Origin: Saccostrea echinata
Taxonomy: Eukaryota
Length of the DNA: 64,000 nt
Direction of reading: 5' to 3'
Assembly: GCF_033153115.1 (NCBI RefSeq)
Contig: NW_026889750.1
Coordinates: 22,940,001 to 23,004,000 of the forward strand
Part shown: one piece after another, positions 48,709 through 62,034 of the stretch
How positions within the stretch are numbered: position 1 is the stretch's first letter
How the letters are laid out: each line of letters starts with the position of its first letter
The notes under the pieces: generated by a model
What the model was told of the DNA's origin: nothing
What the model saw: only the letters and a program-made list of their open reading frames with translations
The model's database searches: none
Program-made: the position numbers and the translations under genes

Positions 48709-49473
48709 GCAATTGCAAATTTCAACCTTCTAGCTTTTCTACGGAATAAGTTTTGTTTCAAGTATAACCTAGAAGCCATCATATACATGTATTTCATTTT
48801 CATTTATGTGATTAACTGTGACTTAGTTTAGACTTGTCATGTAATTGTGTGGAGAGGGTGTAAGTTTTAAGAACTCGTGACCAATCCTTTTGCATTTATA
48901 CCAGACTGAATGTCCAGTGAAAAATACATGAAAAATTTTACGTAGACTTATTTTAAAAGTTCTGGAGAAGATATCAATAATGAGCTAATGTTTCATAATG
49001 ACAGATGACATTAATCATCTGCATTATGTAGGTGTCAGACTTAAAAACATTGATGTTACATGTGTGAACCAATAAACTGAACCAGTATTCTTTAAAATTG
49101 TGATTTCTTTGTAGCTTCATTTCACAGTAACTTCTTTACATTCAGAAGTGAAGTAAAAGTAATTTCTCAAGATAAGTCATGAGAATAACACATGTACTAC
49201 GCTTGGCACCACCCCTTCTGTCATAAAACTTACGGAGACTATATCATCAATAGCTGCCTCTACTTTTGACATGGCCTCCTGATGTGAGAGCACCAGTTCT
49301 GAGGAATCCATTTCCTCTACTTCTCCATCTTCCCCATAACTTTTCTCTACTTCATTACTTGACTCTGCTGTGTCTTTACTTGTGTCTGCCATGTCTTTAC
49401 TTGTGTCTGTTGCATCTTTACTTGTGCCTGGTTCTTCTAAATCAGTTGGATGGTTCCAATTATTTTTGGACAT
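45630..49473 (-). CDS. SNRNP25: U11/U12 snRNP 25 kDa protein, 5 coding exons, 200 aa
   Basis: Exons 49473-49234, 47855-47732, 47192-47087, 45859-45785, 45687-45630; KDPLLYDLPPEVTLEEINSFIALEHGQAI, VVVVQNGTVLDLKHAI, HISWKYIWKRY, YGIRNRDEVTFIKRL; probable non-coding exon near 50011-50100. Confidence 0.93.
45878..46567 (-). mobile_element. HINE-type element with ~175-bp units and an inverted terminal segment, in an SNRNP25 intron
   Basis: ~3 tandem units (TTCAGTATGTGCAACCTCTGC...GGGGCATAACTCTGTCAAAAATTG...GACCTAGATATT), GACA microsatellite and ATGCCCTCCCTTC..GAAGGGGGGCAT hairpin; 45880-45971 is an inverted partial unit. Confidence 0.75.
48098..48703. repeat. Two (TA)n tracts enclosing a ~480-bp element ending in a perfect 85-bp palindrome
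   Basis: (TA)n 48098-48176 and 48656-48703; palindrome arms 48568-48609 / 48611-48652. Confidence 0.85.
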
Positions 49474-50330
49474 TATAGTGTTATTCTATGAAGATATGAA
49501 ATAAATTTATAACTTCTCGGTACATTCTAACAAACAATGGCTATCTGAGATTTCAAAGTTCAGATCAATACACATGTATATCTGTAATCAAGAAGAGGGA
49601 CAAGGTCTCATAAAAATGAATGTTGACTATGACAGTTTAAATTTTTGAAAGTCAATGAAAGAATAGTAAATTCTTTATTTTCATTCTTATAGGCCTAGTG
49701 TTTTAGATATAATTCTGGAAAATGCAGTATCTGAAGCAAGGCTGCAGAAGTGTGCATTATAAGACACATCATCAGTGCAAGTTTGATTCAGGTATTCATC
49801 GTCTTTAGCAAAGTTACCGGTACTTAGGAATGGACATGCTCCAAAAATGCACTGATACATTACATCCAGAATGTGTTTTCAAATTCAGTTTTTGACGTTT
49901 TAAGGCCAAATATCATGAAAAGAGCCTGGAAAACGTCAGATATTTATGACAAAACAGCTAGATATCATAATAAAATGACCACAGATACGTTAAAAGGTTG
50001 CATAATATACCTTCTGATTCAATTTAATTATCTCATATCTAATGCCATGCCAGTTCCAGAAACAAGACGTGTGGTCTTCCTTCTTTTTACGTATTTTACC
50101 TCTTCTAGCTAAAGTGAAAGTAGATTATTAACACCTACATAGTTAATTAATCAAATTGACATGGATAAATCCTAATATATTCTAACGATAATGTCAAAAT
50201 ATTTCAAAATAAACGCTAAAAGTAGCATTATAAATATAAATGTCTGTTTCAGTGGGGAAATGCAAAATATCTAAACATGATGCATGTACGGTTTAACAAC
50301 TCTTAAAAAAGGAAAGTAAAAGTCGCCAAA

Positions 50331-52280
50331 ATGTTGACATTTTGTCCAACATGTGCTAATGTTTTAGTGGTTGAAGAAGGACAGAATTGCTATCGATTTG
50401 CTTGCAACACCTGTCCATATGTTCAAAATATTCAGAGAAAGGTATGCTTGTGTATTTTTTTTTTATTTGCGAATTCACTGAGTGTCATTTCTTGTTTTAT
50501 TGGACTGTGATTATACAGCTGTTATAGAGCAAAGGTTGTGTTTCCTAATATTTCGTCATATATCGAGAATAGTGTTTCAGAGTGACTTTTATTTTCATAC
50601 GTGTAACGTTAAACTCAAGACCCGAATTTTGATCAATATTTTAGTTTAATTTAGCCCTAAGGGGAAAACACCCACTAAGTATCTATATGTACATGCAGTT
50701 AGGCCTGTATTACATGTATGTACACAGATAAATGATATATACAGATTAGAGAGATGTCGAGATTTTTTCCCCAATTGTCAGAATGTCCAGGGCAATAATT
50801 ATCAACTTATAGCTAATAGTTAAGATAACTGACAAAGCACACTTTCTATATTCGACAATTGGATCCATTCAGCAGGTCTGGTACAATCACTAGATTTAGC
50901 TACATAGCTTGAATTACCTACATAGCTTTATTTACCTACCTGAAGTAGCTTTATTTAGCTACTAAATCAAACTTATTTCTTGAATAAGAATTTTTTCCAG
51001 AAAGTGCAGAAAATTGCACTTTGATGCAGTGATAATTTTCAAGTTTGAACTCATCTGAAAACAATTCATGAAAAAATCACTCTTGGAGATGTGTCTTTTT
51101 TTGCGCAATTGCAATCAAAGTTCTAAAATTTTTTGGGCTATATACAACAGTTAATTTGTGACCTAACAGTTACTTCTTGAGTGTAATAACAAAGAAAACC
51201 AGTTTTGGTTAACATGAGCACAATGTGAAGTAATCATACTTATCCACGCCTCATCGAGCACAAGGTGCGTACAGTTACTCAAACAATGGGAATACATATT
51301 TCCCTTAAAAATGATCAAACGCAGCAATGTTAAAACTATCTCTGCTTTAGATTGCTTTTTAAATGATACCTAGAATAAATATTAGTAGACATTTTCTTGC
51401 GACGTTTTGTCTTTTTAAAATAAAAAGCAAAATTGTGAAAAGTTGCCTTGAATTAGCTAAAAAAAAGCTACCTGAGGTAGGTAAATAAAGCTACGGTAGG
51501 TAATTTTAGCTACGTAGCTAAATGTACTGATTGTACTGGACCTGTTCAGTGTCAGATTACATGATTTAATACTACAAGAAAACAGTATACAGATAGGATC
51601 TCCATTATGAATTATTTTATTTGAATATTTTTTAATAGATAACATCAAGAAAATATCCAAAATTGAAGGAGGTTGATGATGTATTGGGTGGAGCAGCAGC
51701 ATGGGAAAATGTAGATTCTACAGAAGGTTTGTGATGGGGACAGAAGTGTTTTGTCATTAAACTCCAACCACAGGTATCTGATTTAAAAAAGAAAAGAAAA
51801 AGAAAGAAAGAAACCGATTACAGAGATAGGTTAGATAAAAATAAAACCTCACTCAATATGTAAAGATGGAAATGGAGGGTGGGGGGATGTTTCTATGGCT
51901 TTATCTATCATCTTGCTAAGGAAATTTCAGATACCTATGTTGTATAACACTCACAGTAATAGTGAAAGTAGTATAAGTCAGAAAATATTATTTTAAGTTC
52001 AAGTATCTCTTAAAGAACTTTTTACAACATGAAGAATAATGAACAGAGGCATAATACATTTGTGCACTTGAAATAGAACTTGCAGCTGATTCAACAAATT
52101 GTCACTTTCCAGAAATCTTTACTGGTCTAAATGAGTATTTCTCTCCCATTAGAAACCTGTCCAAAGTGCAGCCACAACAGAGCATATTTCATGCAGATAC
52201 AGACGAGATCAGCTGATGAGCCCATGACAACTTTTTACAAATGCTGCAATATGGAATGTTCCCACTTATGGAGAGACTGA
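50331..52280 (+). CDS. POLR3K: RNA polymerase III subunit RPC10/C11, 3 exons, 108 aa
   Basis: Exons 50331-50441, 51639-51726, 52153-52280: MLTFCPTCANVL...FACNTCPY...LKEVDDVLGGAAAWENVDSTEETCPKC...AYFMQIQTRSADEPMTTFYKCC...WRD; missed by the ORF track because exons are short. Confidence 0.97.
50873..51544. mobile_element. MITE with ~80-bp TIRs and 5-bp TSD in POLR3K intron 1
   Basis: TTCAG|CAGGTCTGGTACAATCACTAGATTTAGCTAC ... GTAGCTAAATGTACTGATTGTACTGGACCTG|TTCAG. Confidence 0.8.
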
Positions 52281-52770
52281 AAACACTTTATACAAAAAAA
52301 AAAAACATGAAAAAGATGTGAAATGTGTGACATTAACAACATCTTTTTCTTTAAAATGCCTCAGATCTACATTGGACACAGGAACATAACTAGTTCTGGC
52401 AGTAATTTACCTCTACTGGGGGTAGTGAAGGAGGTCTAACATAGCATTATTCAGCCACAGTCTTGATATTACTTGTGTACATGGCAAGTGCTTTTTTTTC
52501 AAAGCCAAAAAAGTGTTGAGTGAATATTTTTTTTCATTCATAATCTAAATCGTAATGAATTAATTATGCAAAAATAGCTCATTGTACATTGCACAATGTA
52601 ATCAATATTCATGTTTATACAGTGTGTGATGCATGAGTTTTGAATGATCATAGAAGAGAAAATTTTTTATAACCTCCTTATCATGAATCCTCAGATATCT
52701 CGAAGTTTAATCACAGTCCTATTGTCAGTTGATTTGGAAATAAAGATGTTTGACTCTTACACAGAGTGTA

Positions 52771-52994
52771 CTGTAGATTCCTCATTTTACGCTAGTACTT
52801 TACATTGTATATTGCGAAATGGCCCTTAGACATCAAATCATGAGAACAATAATTCGCGAGTAGACGTTTAATCTAGAGATTTAGCATACATTTCAGCACC
52901 ATAAAAATAAAATTGTGTGACTTTATTTCTTGAGTGGTGCTTCATGCAAAATTATGCATTAATTAATTCCTCATGCATATTTGGGAATCTACAG
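52771..52994. mobile_element. TA-flanked MITE
   Basis: TA|CTGTAGATTCC ... GGAATCTACAG|TA. Confidence 0.7.
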
Positions 52995-53069
52995 TATACG
53001 GTGTCGATCTAAGAAGTCTGATTTTAATTAGATTGTCAGCAAGATCAATAGATGCATTCATATGACATT

Positions 53070-54192
53070 TCTGCTCATGGAACCAAAGGTTCAAGTGAGG
53101 TTTTCTGATCACCTGGCATCTGTCTATAAAACTTTTAACATTTTTGACTTCCTCTCCAGGACCATTGGATCAATTTTAACCAAACTTACCATAAGGCATC
53201 TTGGGTAAATGGATTTCAAATTTATTAACGTAAAGGGACATGTCCTCTTTAAAGGGGTGATAATCAAGAAATGGAAAAAAAAAATAGGGTGGGTGCCTTA
53301 AAAGATCTCAAGAATCACTTGGCCAGAAATTATGAAACTTATGTAAAAGCTTTTAGATAGAGTGTAGATTCAAGTTTATTCAAATCATTGCCCCAGGAGT
53401 AGTGTTCAGTGTTGGGCCTCTATGGGGGATCAAACTTTTACATGTGAATATTATATATATATGAAAAAATCTAAAGAAAAAAACTTCTTCTCTAGAACAG
53501 TTAAGCCATGATAAGTCATATAAATGTCACTACACACTGAATGTGGAAGCATCCTTAGCTATGATAGATGCAAGTTTGTTCAAATCATGCCCCCCCCCCT
53601 CCCCCAGGGTAGGGTGGGGCCACCAAAGGAGATGAAAGTTTTCATAGGAATGTATATTAAAACCATGATTAATCATATTTATATGGAAGCATCCTCAGGT
53701 AGTGTAGATTCAAGTTTTTTTTTCAAAATCATGACCCCCGACCCCCAGGGGTAGGGTGGGGTCACAATGGGTGATCAAAGTTTTACATAGGAATATATAG
53801 GGAAAAAATCTTTTAAAATCATCTCAAGAACAGCAAAGACATGGTAAGTCATATTAATATGAAAGGATTCTCAGGTAGTGTAGATTGAAGTTTGTCAAAT
53901 CATGGCCTTGGAGTAGGGTGGGACGACAATAAGCAATCAAAATTTAACATTGGAATATATAGGAAAAGTTTGAATTATTCTTTTCAGGAACACAAACCCA
54001 TGATTAGTCAAATTAATATAAAAGCATCCTCAGGTAGTGTAGATTCAATTTTGTTATAGTCGTGGACTCTTGGGTTTGGATGGGGCTTTGATTGGAGATC
54101 AAAATTTTACTTAGAAATATGAGGGGGGTCTGATAAAAAACAGTAGGGCGAAAGTGACTCAGGTGAGCGTTGGGGCACATGGGCCTCATTAT
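53070..54192 (+). mobile_element. Old, degenerate HINE with ~5 satellite units
   Basis: GCTCATGGAACCAAAGGTTCAAGTGAGGTTTTCTGATCACC 5' box, GGAAGCATCCTCAGGTAGTGTAGATTCAAG units, CTCAGGTGAGCG..GGCACATGGGCCTC 3' box. Confidence 0.8.
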
Positions 54193-56250
54193 TTTGTGTG
54201 ATGAGAAGACAACCTTATAAAATCGACCCATGTAGTAATGCAATTCAATATGATTTGGACATTTTTACGACTAAATAGCACTTTTCGTTGCAACATTGCA
54301 CTCCAGGTTATAAATCAAACCATGATTTACTAGTAATTGCAATGTACCGATTGCATAATTATAGATTGTGCACAATTTTCCTGAAATCACTCCTCTTACG
54401 GACAGCACGATTGGCAGACTACCTCGGCAATCGGCTAACCTGTCATACTCAATCGACCACGACTTACAAGTATTCCATTAAGCTTAGTCTCCCAGTGAGG
54501 CGAATTTAATTGATTTCATCAATTTTATTTTGGCGACAGGATATTTAGAAGCTAAGTAGCGATGCATTTTTTAAATTGGATTATGGATGTTATGAGACAA
54601 CGCAAAATCTAATAACAACACAAAAATGTATGGACGTGTTCTATTGCAAATTGCATTACATTTATTACATTTTGCGTAGATCGCAACGCAGAATATAATA
54701 ATTACATATGTACATGTATTTGTTGAGTCGTTATAACAGTTTTCATTGTAACAGTAAAAAAAACATATTCTTTTGGATGTATATATAACACTAAATGAAA
54801 ACACTCACAGGGTCGTGAACATATTAGACATAAATAAGTACAATAATTCAATTTAAATGCCAACGAATTAACGGAGAAGATGTGTATTATTCTATTATGC
54901 TCCCTTTTTAATTTATGCAGTTAATAGAAAGGTTTGTAGGTAGTCGGAGTTTAATCTACCGTTAAGTTCTGTTCTAATCTTCTCTTCACAAATTGGTTTC
55001 CGAAGTTTGATGAATGGGGGATAACAAAACGTCTGGAGAAGTTCCTTTCTTAACCCGACCTATGGAGATTCTTGGGCACAGTCTGACATGATACTCATGT
55101 TTTATTCACCGTTGGACTGCTTTTCTTTCATTGCTCGGGATTGATCGCATTTTTTTTTTCACACCGTCCTTCAAGATTGATTTTGTGGTAGGATTTGTAA
55201 TCGAAGCCTTATCCAATGGATTTAATTTATCGTTTACGGATTGAATTTTCTATCGATAGGGAGTATTAATAAGGTTTTGCAGTGTTTTCTGTAACAGAGC
55301 CCCGAATATGTTTCTTTTTTGATAAGTAATTGTAAACTCGAACCCAGGTTGTATTTACCTAACTACGAAAGGGTTATTTAGCAAAAGAATCTAGTAGCCG
55401 AGAATACCGCAGTTATTTAAATGGATTAGATAAGTCAATTTCTACTGGGAAATATTTATATCGGAATTGTATCCATATTTGATGATACTTCCATGGATAT
55501 ACGAGGAAAAGTCTTGGATATAAGTAAAGTATCTAAGGTAAGGTATAACGTATAATATTCAAACCTTTTATTCTGCGAGCATCGTATAAGGTTAAGATCG
55601 ATTTGCTCTCGCAAAGCTATAGAGTTCGATGCGTTGAAATGCAAAGAACACATTTTTATTGAATTCATGAATTATTGATATCCACCGATTTCTGTTGCTT
55701 TGACAGTTGTAATTCACACTGCACTGGATAGCGTGATAGCAAATAAAAATGCTTTGAACAGATTTGTAAATCAAGTGGAATTTTAAACAGCCTAACTACT
55801 GTAAGTCCTAACTTGCTAGACCCACACCTCGTTTTTTAAAGGACCCATATATGTATAAATTAGTCTTTCTTGCACATCGACAAGGGAGTAGGTTAATCCG
55901 AGTACATTTTTATTGACATATTTTTACTTTTTAAATGTTCACCCTGTTGCTACATGTTATGTTTGTAAACATGTCTGATGCAGTATGAGGATTTCAATTA
56001 TATTTTGTGTTTTCAATTAAAGGATTGTAGATATACCGGATTCAAATGAATGAATGAAAGATGATGATTAAAAAAGATTGATATGTGTCGTCATTTTTTA
56101 AAGGATCTAAATATATATACAAGAGCATTATAGAAGACGTGAGAAAAAAAATCTAAAAAATGTGAGTTTTTATAAATATCTTTTGTCAATTTAAACTGTA
56201 AATACCTAACAAAATACGCATCTTTCATGTAAGTGCAATTAACTCGATCT

Positions 56251-56252
<2 letters not shown>

Positions 56253-56334
<82 letters not shown>
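56253..56334. repeat. (TA)n microsatellite
   Basis: Pure TA run of ~80 bp. Confidence 0.95.
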
Positions 56335-56339
<5 letters not shown>

Positions 56340-58197
56340 TGGTAGTGCCCCTCCTCAAACTGAATATGTTTGGTGGTCCCCTCCTCCCCAAACTGAAATT
56401 CTTTTCTTACTGGCCTGAATTTACATGTACCCAAGCTGTCTTCACGTCTAGGTAATAATTAAACATATAGCAATAATATCAATTTTACTTATCTCTCTAT
56501 AAACGTGGTATAAAAATTATTTAGCCCCATTGGAGATTAGTTCTGTTATTATGTTGTACCAATGCGAGGACAAATATCAAACTGTGCTCCGGAAACTTAG
56601 TAACTTAGTTATTTTTCAGAGGTATCATTTCTTCCTTTTAAATCTGTGACTGAAATATACAAACTTTTCGTTGATCAAGATTTACAAGACGTATAAGTAA
56701 TAAAAAGCAAGCCTTGACAACACCACTACACTAGATGTGTTATTCGTTAGTAAATCGCCGATAAGTCTATTACTTATTACACCGTCATATTAATTTTCAA
56801 GGTGAAGGGATTAGCAAGAGTTAATCTGTTTGGACAATTTCCGACAGAGGATTTTCAATAATTTAAGGTGGTCCAGTAACCGGAAATCTCATTAATTCAA
56901 ATTCTTCGTATAGAGAATAATTTAGAAAGAAATATTGCAAGAGGTCATCAATTAATGAGTCGACATGAATACAACTATAAGCATAGAACATTAACTTTGT
57001 TCGAAGACACCGTAAATGCCCCTTTCACTTCGCAATACAGAAAACTGATTTCTTTAAATTTTCTGGAGGGTTGCGCATTTTATATAAAAAGTATTGGAAA
57101 ATTGATTGAATAATAATAAGGAGTTGGCAATATTGAAAGAGAAAATTTAGAATTGTTCTTTGCCAATCGTTTACCATGAATATAAGTAAAAAATACATAT
57201 CTAATTTCAGTCTGTCACGCCCATTTTTGTCTTTTTAAGGGACGAATTCTCGGTCTTAATTCATTACAATAATTCTTCTAGATTGAGGTGAATGAAATCT
57301 ATTGATTTGACTTTACAAGGCGTCACAGAACTACTTATTCAAATGATCAAGCATCTATTAAAACGACTCCGAATTCACCACGATATATAGGAACTGTGTA
57401 ATGTTTCTTCTTTGTTAAGGCAATCATATAGTCTGTGATTTACTTTACACTTCAGTTAAATCAATTTTATTCATTATGTTGCAGATAAACCTTTCATAAT
57501 CGTTGTGCTGAAATAAAGGAATGTTCTGAAGTCCAGTCAATACAGAATATTGACTTAGGTAAGCAGTTTTAGAATTTTTGTCATCAAATTAAAGTCAGAT
57601 AAAGCGCTACCATGCTGCTTTCGGTAAAATCCATTAGTGATTAATAAAAATGGGTGGCGCATTAACGATAATGTCTAGAATATATTAATGTTTTCAAAAT
57701 GTTGTTCAAAGTAAATTTATACTGTCGAGTCGACATGACATTTATTTATTTACTGGCATATAAGCAAAACGAATGCACCTTCGTTTAAAACTTGACCATG
57801 CAGCTTTCTGTTGCAGTACAATATTCTATTTGTCGATATAATAACGCTTTCTAAACCACAGACAATTAATATAGGAATAAATTGAACGTAGTTTAGGATC
57901 CTTTCTTCACATTGAAAACAGTTTCCGTGCATTAATCATATAAATGTCTTCAGCACATTTTATCGTTAATTGATGCAGATTTCAATAGATTCTGGCAAGT
58001 CAGAAGTGCACTCGCTGTTCAAACATGATATTCTTCCTTTAGGCTATATACGGTATGTTGTACCTATATAAGATTAGAGATTAGACAAATTTTCTAAAGA
58101 GTGGTACTAGCATTAGAATATTTATCAAGAAAAATCGCAAAATATGTCTGATTGCTGTGGCTTTGAGGTCGCTGCCATTTGTTATCCAAAACGAAAC

Positions 58198-58365
58198 AGA
58201 TTGATTGTATGTTGTTTTTCGTCCCATTCGAGAATTTTTCACTCATATACCGTGAAGGGCTTCAAATTTAGACCGATTCTCGGCACTCAGGGCCATTCAG
58301 CAGTGAGGGTTCTTTATCGTGCCAACGCCCATCTCGGTATTTAATTAAGGTCTCATCCGAAAGAG
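58198..58365 (-). mobile_element. SINE 3' fragment (oyster tRNA-SINE-like)
   Basis: (CAAT)n tail on the minus strand and body TTTCACTCATAT..GTGAAGGGCT.CAAATTTAG..CTCGGCACTCAGGGCC.TT.AGCAG.GAGGG.TCTTTATCGTGCCA resembling a common oyster SINE (recalled); tRNA head absent. Confidence 0.6.
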
Positions 58366-59371
58366 AAGGTATATGACGAGTATCATATTCAGTGGCGGAT
58401 TCAGAGACGTAAGGGGTGGAATTGGGGCTAAAAAGATTAACGTTAAATAAATACCCCTTTAACCAAAGTAAAATCCTTAATAACATTTTACTTAACTATT
58501 TAAAACTATATAAATCTGCTATTGAATAGGAATTACTGTTCAGTATATATTCACCATTCATGACCTTGTATATAGGTACTAAAGACAGGTAGGAACATTT
58601 GAATGCCATGTTTATGGGCTAATGAATTGTGTTACTAGTTATGAATACTCCTTAATAAAATACAACAAAAGAGAACTCAGAAAGCTAGCAATATGAAAGT
58701 AGAATTTCATTTCATACTAATTTATGAAGTTGCTTTTGCTGGCTTCTTTAAGTTATGACTCAATGCACGGACAAGAATACATTAGAAAATTTAATTGAAC
58801 TAATAAGTAAATAGCCATTTTTTCGATGGAACTTATTGTTTTAAGTTATAAGGATCGATAAATCTTTTCTCCTTTACACCGATCTCTCAAATTTTGCGGC
58901 ATGCAATCCCATCCCTGCATCAAGAACCATCGATTCTCCGATTTCAATGAAGTCCAAGTGATGTTTCCATTTAATTTCACTTGGTAAACAGAGACTATAT
59001 TGTGTCCAGACATTTAAAGTCATAATGCAAATTTAAAAACTTTAACAATTGTAAAGAATGCGACATTGATAACCCATGAAGATAAAGCGATCACTTGTTC
59101 TTTTTGGATTTGGAACATTTATTACACAGTTGATAGGGAAAACAACTCGCATATCATGTGTACATATCTCGTATAACAATAGGAAAATCGTTACCCCACG
59201 CCTGGCCCACTCAATGGGTCAATTTACGAGGGTTTTAGAAAATCGAATTAGCTTTCAGCTTGACTTCTTTTGCAGACCTTTGTCTTACTAAATCGTCAAA
59301 ATTATCAATCTGGGGGATAGATATTATCAATTACAATATTTGCACTAGAACACATCACGAAAGGAAATGAG

Positions 59372-59439
59372 ACCTCAAACAAGACATAAAAACCGCAAAC
59401 AAGACCTCAAACAAGACACAAGACCCCAAACAAGACACG
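59372..59439. repeat. Short CAAACAAGAC minisatellite
   Basis: CAAACAAGAC four times with short spacers. Confidence 0.7.
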
Positions 59440-62034
59440 ATTTTGCATGGCACCTCTATATCACAGGTTCTATAGTTTGATGCAAATTTGAAATAGATGA
59501 ATAGATTCGTTGGCGAAAAGTTTTATGTAAATACAAAGTATTTGCACCAAGAATAAAGTACCATTATTATTTTTGGGGATTAAATAAACATTTTTTTTTG
59601 TTTGAGATAGAAGACATATTTTAAAAAAGTATTACATGTATATTTGGAATGTGGAAGTAACACATCTTTGGTGCAGGAGAATATAAAAAATTACGTATCT
59701 TTTATACGAAATCACCATAGCCTGTTTGTATGGAGGTACTTTTTGCATTGCAAGTGTTTGGACTCGATCTACAGAAGACCACACAGAATTTATTTAATGA
59801 ATAATTTTAATATATATTATGTTATCATTTAATGCTGTGTCGGTGTAGTATCTGCCTTCATTAATAAACCATCTTTGTACCGGTATGTACTTATATATAC
59901 AAGTCTTGCTCATCTTCTAAATCACACACGTTCCAATTAAAATTCTATTCAGGACAACCTGGGGATAATCCAATCGCATGTTGAAAATTATGTGTTTGAA
60001 AATTTTCTTCTAACAGGAAAACTGCGCATGCTTAACTAGCATTTTAAGCTATTTCTTTACATAGCTAAAGATGTTAACACGTACTTCGCTCTTCCATTAG
60101 TTACTAAGAATTAAGGATAGCATATCCTTTATCGACATACACGCATAATTATGAAAACACTACACTTTACTACTTTTAATACATAGATAATTTTTGTCTG
60201 TTCTTTCACAAATACTATAAGTATTTGCATCACAAATCGTTTACGGTTAGAAAGTTTGTAAGTACTTGTACCTTTGGGACTGAACACGTCAAAATCAGTG
60301 GATGGAAACTGCTGTATCATAAGGCACTTTGAAATTAAAGAAAATATGAAGACTGTTGCCTAGAACAAAGAACAGAGCAAATGATCATCGGTTGTCTTAA
60401 GACTTGTTATGTATGCAGATCTATATAATAGGACCATTCATCTTTATAATTATGGTAAATAATCCATAATATCCCCAACCTGATGAGTGCGACAGAACAA
60501 GTAAGCCTTGCTGTAGAATATCAACCAAAGTGAAACCCAGACATGAGCAAATTGATCTCAGTCAAACGCTCATGATTTAAAAAAAACACTTGAAACCGTT
60601 AAATCATCATTCTCAACATCACAAAAAATTGATGTCAAGTGAACAGGTCTTTGTAATGAAAGTTTAAGATCCAATATTTCATAAACTTAGTCATTGACAA
60701 GAAAGAATTATTAAGCAATTTTTGAGTAAGTAGCTGTCATTATTTCATTGTGTGCAGAATTGGTCGAAGCACTTTTTATGTAGTGGTAGTAAAAACTCAT
60801 CAAAACTTAATCTGTGGATGATAATGTTGAGCAATTTTCAATTGATCAACTTTATATACGTTTTTATCATTCAGCTAGAACGATATTAGAAACCCTCCAT
60901 ATATAAGTTTAATCTGCTTATTATTAATGATAATGAATTCGAACCACTGAATCGATGCCATTTGAAGAAGATTTATCATCGACTTATAAGTGGAAATTCA
61001 TAGCATATAACTCTGTATTTGCTTAGAATCTAAGTGCACGTACACATTTACAATGAGATGTGTTAGTCTTTGGCAAGTGCTGCACTTGACACTTTTATGC
61101 AATTAGTTCTAAATGTACTTGTGACGTCAGTACTTATGTTTCAATATTTCTTGACAAAACGGAAAAAACAGCAAAATGACAATGCATTTTGTTTGAGAGC
61201 AGCGAGTAACACGACACTGTTGATATCTTGTTTAAAGACTTTTCTGGTAGGTTGTAGAACTGAATCCATCCGCATTAGAATAGTTATTATGATGCGTTAG
61301 TAAGTTTAAGCCTATCCGAAAATTCTGTTAAAGAGCATGTAAAGTGATAGAGATCTATGATAGGAGCAATTTGATAGATACATGATAAGCAGAATTCTTC
61401 GTAATCAAACTAGGCTTTATGTAAATGAGGATAGTTCTCAACTAAACACAATGCAGTCAATGACCTTAACAGAAAATTGGAAAATTTATTAAAAGTCTAA
61501 TCGTTTGTATTTAAACAAAAGATAAACTGGTAAACCTTTAAATTCATTGAGGACAAGTGAAGTGTAACTGGTATACTTTGTAAGCTCTCTGCTGGTATTC
61601 AATGAATCATTCTCTCCAAAGAAAAATATTGCGCTGTATATATGGAAATATTTCCTTCGATTCAGATTATGTGCAAAACAAACAGAACATAATGACGAGT
61701 GTTGATTTTTCTATTTTGCAGTGAACTATTTTGATAGCCAATGAATAGATTGAACAGAAATGGAAGACCTGAAATGTAAGTGTTCTTATCTCTTAGAAAA
61801 ATGATGTACAATAATTTCTGAAGTAAACTATTTGCATTTGTTGACAGGTTAACAATAGATCAATAATCTAATAAAGATCCGTGTCTGACCAAGAGTGATT
61901 CATTTCATTTCATATTTTTTACCACTATATTCTTTGTAGGAACATCATTTCTGAGGAATAGAAAAAAGAAAGTTTCACTTCATGTGGCGTGAATATTGAG
62001 TAAATGACGATATTAAATATATGTGTTCTTGATA

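Noticed and set aside
54200-61700. Short ORFs across the gene-poor interval
   Set aside because: Mostly non-ATG starts, AT-biased composition, no motifs or consistent exon chain
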